DNA of 64,000 nt from Hypanus sabinus. Taxonomy: Eukaryota. This document shows positions 50,850-61,682 of this stretch, piece after piece. Each line of letters begins with the position of its first letter. Position 1 is the stretch's first letter. The notes under the pieces were generated by a model. That model was not told the DNA's origin. It was given only the letters and a program-made list of their open reading frames with translations, and searched no databases. The stretch is from contig NC_082731.1 of NCBI RefSeq assembly GCF_030144855.1, positions 9,672,001-9,736,000 of the forward strand. Direction: 5' to 3'. A program made the position numbers and the translations under genes.

Positions 50850-50917
50850 GGTTATTGTGCTCATGTGAACTGATGTGCCAATACTGTGACACAGTAGTCC
50901 AAGCCATAGCACAAACC
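50850..50917 (+). CDS. IgNAR: IgNAR D3 segment (CCAATACTGTGA, 50878-50889) with 12-RSS on both sides
   Basis: GGTTATTGT(50850-50858)-12 bp-TGATGTG(50871-50877); D coding; CACAGTA(50890-50896)-12 bp-GCACAAACC(50909-50917). Frames: PIL* / QYC / NTV. The 12/12 last D is what the 12/23 rule requires for joining to a 23-J. Confidence 0.87.
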
Positions 50918-51220
50918 TCCGAGACAGTTTTATTTTTTTAAGATCATCTATTTATAAATGGGATTACAAAATATGCCTTTACGTTCATAGATGTTACTCA
51001 ACATAGTTTTACAAACAATTCCGCTTCTTCTTTAGATTGAATTCTACCTACAGTCCCTGGTACTGAAACAGCGAAATTCCAGTTTTATTATCATATGCAC
51101 TTACAGTGAACTGAATAAATACAGGAGCGAGTGAAACTGAAGGAAATGGAATATATTGGTCAGTCCTTTGTTCCTGTATTACTGTGGAAAGCCTCTGTCA
51201 ACAATTCAGCTTTAATGATT

Positions 51221-51306
51221 ACTTTTTGAATTGCGCTGAATAGGAAGTTAATCATTGTGTTATAATTACTACGATGGAGCTGGCACAAGGCTGACTGTGA
51301 AAGCTG
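51221..51306 (+). CDS. IgNAR: IgNAR J segment (YNYYDGAGTRLTVKA, 51260-51306) with 5' 23-RSS
   Basis: ACTTTTTGA(51221-51229)-23 bp-CATTGTG(51253-51259); coding carries the IgNAR-type YDGAGT.LTV motif; phase-1 donor G|GTAAGT at 51307. Confidence 0.95.
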
Positions 51307-53829
51307 GTAAGTGACTTTTTTTTAAATTACATGTGAGAAAGCACGTACTTTCCCCGAAGTAAAATATAATTATATTCTCGTTTAAATGATGCAAACCGAA
51401 AAGGGCAATACGATAATGTCTTTTTGGAGTATAAGCATTTCATTAGAAACACGTTTATTGACTAAGACACCCCAGAAGAATTTAAGTATACGCTTTTATC
51501 CTCCCAAGATAATACTTTCGCTCGTTTAAAAAGACGAAAATTGAACTTGGAGTATTTTTACAAATTGAAGCGCACAAATTACCCCCGACCTGCTACACCC
51601 TAACCCCGTCCGATGGTTACTTTAAAGTATTACCTGCTGTATTGATATAAGTGCGAGGTCCTCATATCCTTGCATATTTGAATGTGGATTTACTCCCCAA
51701 TGGTCGCAGACCCAATTAGGGAAGAACTTTGAAGATTAAATAGGCTTCAGTTCAGATTAATAACTTGATACTTCGAGGGGCTGTTAAAACATACACTCGT
51801 TGCGAAAACAAAACTTGTCATTTAGCTGGAATAGAAGAAAAATGTCTTCTATTTAGAAACACATATCATGCTCTAACAAATCCATAGATTTAGTGAGCGC
51901 CTAGACGACCAGGAATAAACATATTTTCTTTTGTCAGAATCGTTGGACTTGTATAACTTTGGTTATATATTAGTGTTAATCGTCAGAATATTCAGGGAGG
52001 GCAGAGGTAGGCAAAAGGTCTGTGCGCAAGGCGAAAAGAGATACTGAATGAAGGTCAACATAATCAATGTCTTCTTTGAAAGCAGAGCACAATAATATCA
52101 AGTCCCTACCATCTCGCTGAATGCTTTAGTCAATTGGCAGGGCGCTACATTTAATTAAAAGTTACACACCAGATCTTAATGAATGACATTCTAGATGTAT
52201 CAGTGTCGCTCAAGACACCAATTATAAAGGTTTACATTGTTAAACAGACCATGCTATGGTACAAAATATAAAACTGGCGTCATTGAAGCAGTATGCTAAA
52301 ATATGTGTTCCAATGGAAACGTTTCTGCGAAACGGGTTTTAATTTTCATCAATCAATTGAATGATTACAAGAAGTTCCTTCCTAAAACAAACTCAAATGA
52401 AAGCAAACCTCCGACACTATTTTGGGATCCACAAATGTCAGGGAAGCAATTCGCAAAAATATCTATCATTCGTCCAATTTACTTGATCCTATTGCTGTTT
52501 GTTTGCCTCATCTTTCTTAGTTTTAAACATGCTGTTAAGCTCCTTTGCCCGAGCTTAGTCGTGTTTAAAAGTTCTCTGAATCTCGTTCTTAATGGATTTT
52601 TGTGGAAACCCAGTCCAATTCCACGTGTGCGTGTTTTTTTATTTGTTAAACAGGCAAGTAAACTACATGATCTTTGTTTGTATATAGCGCTGTGGAGTAT
52701 TACTCCGTCAGCCCGGCCCATTTTCTACCAGATTAATGTCGATCATTCCCCCGGGTTTTGATCTCATTGGGAAAGGAACTTTTCAGACGTCAAGTACAGA
52801 CTATCTCATGCACTTAACTGAGAAATTGGGAAGGAGTCAGCATTTGAGATGAGTACGAGAGGGTGAATGTATTAAATACTTAGAAACACCATCAACACCC
52901 TTTCTATTTTACTGTGCTATTTCCAATCGAAGGGAATCTGTTTTTCAGTCCAATAAAGTGGATTGGACTACTCTTTCACTTCACCTTCATCAGTTTTGTT
53001 GTAAGATCTATATCTCCCCTCCTTCTGTAATATGTGATTATCTTTTGCTTTGCATGTCCGCAACGACCTCTGCATTAAGAAGTATGCCAATTTCCTCATT
53101 CTACATTTGAATAATTTCAACATTTGCATCACATTGTAAAAGAAAAGAATGCTTTACCTAATCTCTCTCCTAATCCCATATTTATACTCCATTTTCCTCC
53201 CACATCCGAAAGACGTTCAATTGGTTAGCTAATTGGCAACTCAATATTGTCCACAGTGCATAGAACAATGATAGAATATGGTGGACTGATGTGGTTGTGG
53301 GTAAAATACACGAAAATGGATTAATGTAGAATTATTGCACCTCATTTATGGAACCCTAGACTAACCATAGGACGATGTTCTAACTGTTATGACTTTGGTC
53401 TATAGAATTAAATGACAGTTCCTCGGAAACCCACACGGTCACGGGGAGAACAAGCAAGCTCCTTAGAGACAGCATCAAAATTGAACTTTGTACGCTAACT
53501 CTTCGAGTTGTGATAGAATTGCGCGAACGGCTAAGCTACTGTGTGTCTTGAACTTCTCCATCACTCTTTCCAATTATCCATGTTGCTTTCGCCAAAATAT
53601 CTTTCAGACGAATTATAAACATTCTGGACCCAAACACCTATCCTGTGATTCCAGTGAGCAGCAATGCCCTATTACAATGTCAGCCATATTCCCAAGATGT
53701 CTGCTTAGGTTTAGTGGATTTGGGCATGCGCTGGAAATCTGGCGACAATTGCAGGCTGCCCAGCACCTTCTTGGCTCAAAAGATTTGACGCAAACTGCTC
53801 ATTTCAAGAGTTTGCTTCCATTTCATTCC

Positions 53830-56800
53830 ATAAGGCCATAAGACCATAAGAGATAAGAACAGAATTAGGCCATCTGGCCCATCGCATCTGCTCCGTCATT
53901 TCATCATGACTGATCCAATTTTCCTCTCCTATTCAATCTCTTGTCTTCTCCCCGTACCTCTTCGTGTCCTGACCAATCAAGAATCTATCAACCACAGCTT
54001 TTAATATGCATAAAGACCTGGTCTCTACAGCTTCATGCGGCAAGAATTCCACAGATTCAGCACTCTCCAGCTAAAGAAATTCCTCCTCATATCCGTTCTA
54101 AGAGGGCACCTGTCTATTCTGAGGTTGTGTACTCTGGTCTTAGACTCTCCTACTATAGGAAACATGCACCTCACATCCATTCTATCAAGGCCGTTCACCA
54201 TTCGATAGGTAAAAATGAGGTCACGCCTCATTCTTCTGAATTCTAGCGAATACTGGCACAGAGCCATTTAACATTCTTCATATGAGAAGCCAATCAATCC
54301 TAGAATCATTTTTGTGAACCTCCCATGAATCTTCTCCAGTTTTAACACATCCTTTTGAAGACAAGGGTCTCAGAATTGCTCATAATACTCCATCTGAGGC
54401 CTCACCAGTGTTTTATGAAGTTTCTGCATTACATCATTGCTTTTATATTCTTGTCCTCTTGAGATGGATGTGAACATCGTATTTCCTTCCTCAACATGTG
54501 TTCAACCTGCAAATTAATCTTTAGGGACAGGCACTCCCAAGTCACTTAGTGCCACAGTTTATTTTTTTTGTATTTTCTCCCCTTTTTCAAAATAGTTAAA
54601 TTTTTCATTTCTTCTACCAAGCTGTATGACCATGAATTTCTCCACACTGTATTCCAACTGCCATTTGTTCCCCTGCCGATTCTCTTAATCTGTCTAGAGT
54701 CGCTCTGTGGCCCTTCTATTTCCTCAAAACTACTTCCCTTTCTACCTATCTTCGTATCATCTGCAAACGTTTCAACAAAACATTTAATTGCATTATTCAA
54801 ATCACTGAAATATAACGTAAAACAGAATCGATCCCAACACTAGTGGAACACCACTAGTCAACGGCAACAAGACAGAAAAGGCTTGCTTTGCTTCCTGCCA
54901 AGCGGCCACTGCTTCCATGCTAGAATCTTCCTGTAATTCCGTCGGCTTTTAGCATGTTCAGCAGCGTCATGAGTGGCAGCTCGTCAAAGGCCTTCTGAAA
55001 ATCCAAATACACAACATCAATCAACCATCGAATATGGAACAGCAAATTGTCTCTCGCAGTATAAAAATGGATCCTTAATTGGCAGAGTGGACTCGGAGAA
55101 TTAAAGTTGTATTATGATCAATGTAGAAACATAAGAAACTTAGAAAATAGGTGCAGGAGTAGGCCATTTAGCCCTTCGAGCCTGCACTGCCATTCAGTAT
55201 GATGATGGCTGATCATCCAATTCAGAACCCTGTACCTGCCTTCTCTCCATACCCCCTGATCCCCTAAGCCACAAGGGCCATATCTAACTCCCTCTTAAAT
55301 ATAGCCATTGAACCGGCCTCAACTGTTTCCTGTGGCAGAGAATTCCACAGATTCACCACTCTCTGTGTGAAGAAGTTTCTCCTCATCTCGGTCATAAAAG
55401 GTTTCCCCTTTATCCTTAAACTATGAGCCCTCGTTTTGAACATCCCCAACATCGGGAACAATCTTCCTGCATCTAGCCTGTCCAATCCCTTTAGAATTTG
55501 TATACAATCATTTAAAAATGCAATAAAAAAAGTTAAAAAAAAAGAATTGTATACGTTTCAATAAGATCCCTCCTCAATCTTCTAAATTTCAGCGAGTATA
55601 AGCCCAGTCGATCCAGTCTTTCTTAATTTGAAAGTACTGCCATCCCAGGAATCAATCTGGTGAACCTTCTTTGTACTCCCTCTATGGCAAGAATATCTTT
55701 CCTCAGATTAGGGGACCAAAACTGCACACAATACTGCAGGTGTAGTCTCACCAAGGCCTTGCACAACTGCAGTAGAACCTCCCTGCTCTTGTACTCGAAT
55801 CCTCTTGCTATGAATGCCAACATACCATTCGCTTTTTTCACCGCCTGCCGTACCTGCATGCCCACATTCAATGACTGGTGTACAATGACACCCAGGTCTC
55901 GTTGCACCTCCCCTTTTCCTAATCGGCCACCATTCAGATATTAATCTGTTTTCCTGTTCTTGCTACCAAAGTGGATAACCTTACATTTATCCACATTAAA
56001 TTGCATCTGCAATGATTTTGCCCACTCCTAAACTATCCAAGTCACCCTGCATCCTCTTAGCATCCTCCTCACAGCTAACACCTCCGCCCAGCTTCGTGTC
56101 ATCCGCAAACTTGGAGATGCTGCATTTAATTCCCTCGTCTTAATCATTAATATATATTGTAAACAACTGTGGTCCCAGCACTGAGCCTTGCGGTAACCCA
56201 GTAGTCACTGCCTGCCATTCTGAAAAGGTCCCGTTTATTCCCACTCTTTGCTTCCTGTCTGCCAACCAATTCTCTATCTACATCAATACAATACCCCCAA
56301 TACCGTGTGCTTTAAGTTTTCACAGTTATCTCCTGGGTGGGGCCTTCTCAAACGCCTTTTGAAAATCCAAATATACCACATCCACTGGTTCTCCCCAATC
56401 CACTCTACAAGTTACATCCTCAAAAAATTCTATAAGATTCGTCAGACATGATTTTCTTTTCAGAAATTCATGCTGTCTTTGTCCAATGATTTCACTGCTT
56501 TCCAAATGTGCTGTTGTCACATCTTTGATAACTGACTCTAGCATTTCCCCACCACCGACGTGAAGCTAACCAGTCTATAATTCCCCCGTTTCTCTCCCCC
56601 CCTTTTTTAAAAAGTGGGGTTACATTAGCCACCCTCAAATCCTCAGGAACTAATCCAGAATCTAAAGAGTTTTGAAAAATTAACGCTAATGCATCCATTA
56701 CTTCTTGGGCTACTTCCTTAAGCACTATGGGATGCAGACCATCTGGCCCTGGGGATTTAACTGCCTTTAATCCCTTCAATTTACCTAACACCACTTCCCT

Positions 56801-58450
56801 ACTAACATGTATTTCCCACAGTTCCTCCATCTCACTTTACCCTCGGTCCCCTAATATTTCCGGAAAATTATTTATGTCTTCCTTACTGAAGACAAGACCA
56901 AAGTAGTTATTCCAAAGTAGTCAGTCCTGACGAAGGGTCTTGGCCCGAAACGTCGACAGTGCTTCTCCCTATAGATGCTGCCTGGCCTGCTGTGTTATAC
57001 TAGCATTTTGTGTGTGTTGTTGTTTGAATTTCCAGCATCTGAAGATTTACTCGTGTTTGCAAAGTAGTTATTCAATTGGTCTGCTATGTCCTTGTTTCCC
57101 ATGATCAATTCACCTGTTTCTGACTATAAGGGACCTACGTTTGTCGTAACAAATCTTTTTCTTTTCACATATCTATAAAAGGTTTTACAGTCAGTTTTTA
57201 TGTTCCCTGCCAGCTTTCTCTCATATTCTTTTTTTCCCTTCCATAATTAATCCCTTTGTCCTCCTCTGCTGGACTCTGAATTTCTTCCAGACCCAGGTGT
57301 GCAGCCTTTTCTGGCTAATTTGTATGTTTCTTCTTTGGACTTGATACTATCCCTAATTTCCCTTGTCAGCCAAGGGTCCACTACCTTCCCTGGCTTATTC
57401 TTTTGCCAAACTGGGATGTACAATTGCTGTAGATCATCCATGCGATCTTTAAATGTTTGCCATTGCGTATCCACTGTCAACCCTTTAAGTATCATTTGCC
57501 AGTCTATCTTAACTAATTCACGTCTCATACCTTCGAAGCGACACTTCTTTAAGTTCAGAACCTTTGTTTCTGAATTAACTATGTCACTCACCATCTTAAT
57601 GAAGATTCTACCATATTATCCATCTTACACAGCAGGCCTCGCACGACAAGATTGTTAACTAACCCTTCCTCATTGCTCAATACCCAGTCTAGAATTGCGT
57701 GCTCTGTAGTTGGTTCCTCGACATGTTGGTTCAGAAAACCATCCCGCATGCATTCCAAGAAATGCTCTTCCTCAGCACCCTTACAAATTTGGTTGACCTA
57801 ATCTATATGTAGATTAAAGTCACCAATTATAACTGCTGTTCCTTTGTTGCACGCATTTCTAAGTTCTTGTTTAATGCCATCTCCAATCTCACTACTACTG
57901 TCAGGTGGCCTGTACACAACTCCCATCAGTGTTTTCTGCCCCTTAGTGTTATGCAGCTCTACCCATATAGATTCCACATTCTCCAGCTAATGTCCGTCCT
58001 TTCTATTATATTAATCTGATCACTAACTGGCAATGCTACCCCACTTCCTTTTCTTTCCTGTGTATCCCTCCTGAATATTGAATATCCCTGGATGTTGAGC
58101 TCCCATCCTTGGTCAACCTGGAGCCATGTCTGTGATCCCAACTATATCATATTCATTAATAACTATCGGCACAGTCAATTCATCCATCTTGTTACGAATG
58201 CTCCTTGCATTTACACACAGAGCCTCCAGGCTTGTTTTACGACATTCTTAGCCCTTATGCAATTATGTTGAAAAGTGGCCCTTTTTGATTTTTGCCCTGG
58301 ATTCGCCTGCCTGCCACTTTTACTTTTTACGTTACTACTTTTTGCTTCTACTCTCATTTTACACCCCTCTGTCTCTCTTCACTTGTTCCCATCCCCCTGC
58401 CACATTAGTTTAAATCCTCCAGAACAGCAGGACTTCCATTACTTATTTCT
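53830..58450 (-). mobile_element. Two CR1 LINEs (about 53830-55000 and 55130-58450) in the IgNAR J-C1 intron, antisense to the gene
   Basis: RT motifs KSPGPDGLHP, YLDFQKAF, FADDTK, RLHLQYCVQFWSP in broken minus-strand ORFs; 3' tails at about 53830 and 55130. Confidence 0.88.
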
Positions 58451-58794
58451 ATTTTCCTCTTCCTCGACCCTAACACCCTGGTTTCCTTCCCCTTGCCAAC
58501 TCAGTTTAAACTCATGCTTAACTCATGTTATCAACTCATGTTATATATTGCCTGCTCTTTCTGAGTAGATATACTGTCAACTTGCCATTGTTGATCCCCA
58601 CACTTAGTGCACCTCAGCAATCATCAACAGCAACTTGCTGTTTGAGTAAAATGGAAATGTGCTGAAGTTGAAAGATAACTTTAGTCCTATTCAGGTAAAC
58701 CTAGTCGAAAATTGTGCAGACTATAAAATACTATATACTGAAATATGGACAGACTGCTGACGTTTCAGATACGATTAACATTTAACAAGCCTAC

Positions 58795-59690
58795 ATATCA
58801 TCATCATCATCATCGAATTTCAAAGTACATATACGTCATCATACACAACCCTGAAATTAAATTTCTTGCGGGCATTCTCAGCAAACACCACGAAACACAA
58901 TAGAATCAAAGAAACCAGCACACATTTAGACGGACAGCCAAATGGGAAAAGACAAACTGTGCAAATCAAACAGTAAAAAAAAACAAGTAAAATAAATAAA
59001 CAATAAATATCGTCAACATGAGACGAATATATATATTTTTTTAAAACTGAGCCCATAGGTTATGGGAACAGTTCAACGTCTAGGGGAATGGAGTTGAGTG
59101 AAGGCATTCCTTCTGGTTCAAGAACCTGATGTTGAAGGGGTAATATTTGATTCCGAACCAATTAGTTTGGGTACCTAGGCTTCTGTACCTCCCTCCTGAT
59201 GGCGGCAGCGAGAAGAGAGCGTGGCCTGGAACCCCAGGGTCATTGAAGATAAATGCTGCATTCCTGCGACAGCGCGGCGTATAGATGGGCTTAATGGCGG
59301 GGAAGGTTGCATTCGTCATGAACTGTGGTGTATTCACGACCATTCTTTGCAAGATGTCCGTTCAACGGCATTGATATTTCCATATCAGACCGTAATGCAA
59401 CCAGTCAGTATACCCTCCACGGCACTAATGCGTACGTTTGTCACGTTTTAGATGACATACCGGATATTTTCAAACTTTTAAGAGAGTAGTTGCGCTGCCG
59501 TGTTTTCTTTCTAGTGGCACTTACCAGCTGGACTCTGGATAGATCCTCTGAAATGAGAACGCAGAGGAATGTGAAGTTGCTAACTTTCTCCTCCTTTGAC
59601 CCCTATGATGACCGGCTGATAGACCCGCGGTTTTCACCTCCTGTAGTCAATAATCAGCTCCTTGGTCTTGCTGACATTGAGTGAGAGATT
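58795..59690 (-). mobile_element. Rex1/Babar-like LINE 3' fragment with (TCA)n tail in the J-C1 intron
   Basis: (TCA)6 tail at about 58797; GHALFSLPPSGGRYRSL C-terminal motif on the antisense strand. Confidence 0.7.
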
Positions 59691-60034
59691 TTATTCTGAA
59701 AGCTAGATTTAAAATCTCTCTCCTCTAGTCAATTCGTATGGCCAACGGCAGCTTTGATGCGACAAAGAATAATCAGGAGAAATTTCGAAGAACCATTCAA
59801 GGTATATAAAAATAAAATAACCTTAAGCTGTGATACCACTACGCTGAAGGAAATATTTCAGCTTCAGTCATCCCTTCAGCCAAAAGGTCTTAGAAATGCT
59901 AACGTAGCTCTTGACGTGTAGAGATTCCTATGACGCAAGGAATATTGTAGTTGTCTTATGCCTTACAGATTGTCAGAAGAACACCTTAAAATTGATCCAA
60001 TCATTTCAAAGACTTTTGTTTTTGTTAATTTTAG

Positions 60035-60355
60035 CAAAACAGCCGAACCCGCCAAACGTCACTCTTGTCTATTCTGCAACTGCCGAACAAAAAGCACAAG
60101 GCTTTGTTGAATTGATTTGTCTCATGAGCGAATACCTACCTGGAAACATTGCAGTGACCTGGCAGAAAAACGGACAAGCCGTACAGTCCGGGTTTACCAC
60201 CACTTCTTCCACTGAAAGTTCAGACAAAACGTTTACCTCAGCAAGTGTGCTCAAAGTGCCTCTAAACGAATGGGCCAGTGGTGCTGTGTACTCGTGTAGT
60301 GTATCCCACTCTGCAACCAGCAGCAACATCCGCAAAGAAATACGAGCTGAGTCAG
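60035..60355 (+). CDS. IgNAR: IgNAR constant exon C1
   Basis: Acceptor TTTTAG|CA, donor G|GTAAG, 321 bp, phase 1/1; AKQPNPPNVTLVYSATAEQKAQGFVELICLMSEYLPGNIAVTWQKNGQAVQSGFTTTSSTESSDKTFTSASVLKVPLNEWASGAVYSCSVSHSATSSNIRKEIRAES, a C1-set Ig fold matching IgNAR C1 motifs (SAT.EQ...FV.L.C; VSHSATSSN.RKEIR). Confidence 0.96.
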
Positions 60356-61379
60356 GTAAGAATGAGTACCCAATCCATAGGTGCAGTATTTCCACTTTCC
60401 TCATAATTTGGTGGGCTGTAATGATCTACGGACAAAATTTAAAAATAGCCAGAGTACTGAAGATTGAGATACGTGTCAGTATTAAATTTGGATAAGGGAA
60501 AGATAGGAGTGTGATTTGGAATGTTTAGGCAGCAAACATTAAATATCAGAGGTAAGAATTACAAGAAAATCTTGTGAAATGTAGTCAGCAGACGTCATGG
60601 CGCATCAGTGAATATTGATTTCTGATCATGTTAATGCATCGAATAGAATTTGTATCTCTGAGATGATTCTATGGAATCCGGACATCTTAAAAAAATAAGC
60701 ATAGGAAAGGGGCAGTAATATAAAATCCTCTGTGATCCCCGTAAACTTTCCATTTTAACAGCACGTTAATTTTTTCTGATATGTTATATCTGTGGCTGGT
60801 ATCAGCATGCAATAATGAAAATGTTGCAAAAGAGACAAATGAAAGAAAGAAAGTAGTCGAGGCAACCACTTGACTTATCAAACAGTTAAACCTTGTGCTA
60901 AACTGGTCCATCGTTCTTGCATCAATAGATTGAACACTGCATATTTATTCAGCATTTCTTTAAACCTAACATTCACTTCCACCTTCTATCTTCCTGTGTT
61001 CTGTCCTCCCTCAGTCAATCTCTCTGTCTCGCTGCATCCCATTGACTGCTCTGCCACAAGCCACTGCCCCTTCACCACACCGGTGTTTTATCACGTCGTC
61101 CTTTCCGGGGATGTCGACTGCATCTCTTTCTCTATCCTTCGCCACACTTATCTATGAATGACGATACGTTATTCATTTTCAACCATTTTCCTTTCTTTCA
61201 GAATAGAAGAGTAGCGTGCGGTCATGATCTGACCCAAAGATGCACGAAAAGACGACTTAAGCATGATTTAAATTGAACAAATTACATCTTAAGCTCTTAA
61301 CGTGTAGCAGCTTATTACCATATTGAAATCCTTGCTAAACTTCAGATTCGTCATGAGTCCTCTCAATTATATCTTCTAG

Positions 61380-61682
61380 AATACGCATTATTTCTCAGAG
61401 ATCCAACCGTTGAAGAAATGTGGATAAACAAAACTGCCACACTGGTGTGTGAAGTGATCGCCACGACTCCAGCTGGGGTTTCCATCTCTTGGTCAGTGGG
61501 TGAAACGGAACGGGCTGATGGTGTTGAAACAGAACAAGCAGCAAAGATCGGGAGCCAGTACGTGACAGTCAGCCGTTTGACCAGCAGCGTGACCGAGTGG
61601 GACAGCGGGGTAGAATACTCCTGCTCGGTGCAGGACAATCAATCAGCTGCTCCGTTATCAAAACGGACACGAACCGCAAAAG
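61380..61682 (+). CDS. IgNAR: IgNAR constant exon C2
   Basis: Acceptor TCTTCTAG|AA, donor G|GTGGGT, 303 bp, phase 1/1; EYALFLRDPTVEEMWINKTATLVCEV...SRLTSSVTEWDSGVEYSCSVQDNQSAAPLSKRTRTAK matches IgNAR C2 motifs (LRDPTVEE.W; SRLTSSV.EW.SGVEY.C). Confidence 0.94.

Noticed and set aside
59969-60034. In-frame upstream acceptor (CCTTACAG|AT) that would add DCQKNTLKLIQSFQRLLFLLIL before C1 as a possible hinge
   Set aside because: The added peptide is the translated T-rich polypyrimidine tract (LLFLLIL), not Pro-rich or hinge-like. Only RNA junction reads could rescue it.
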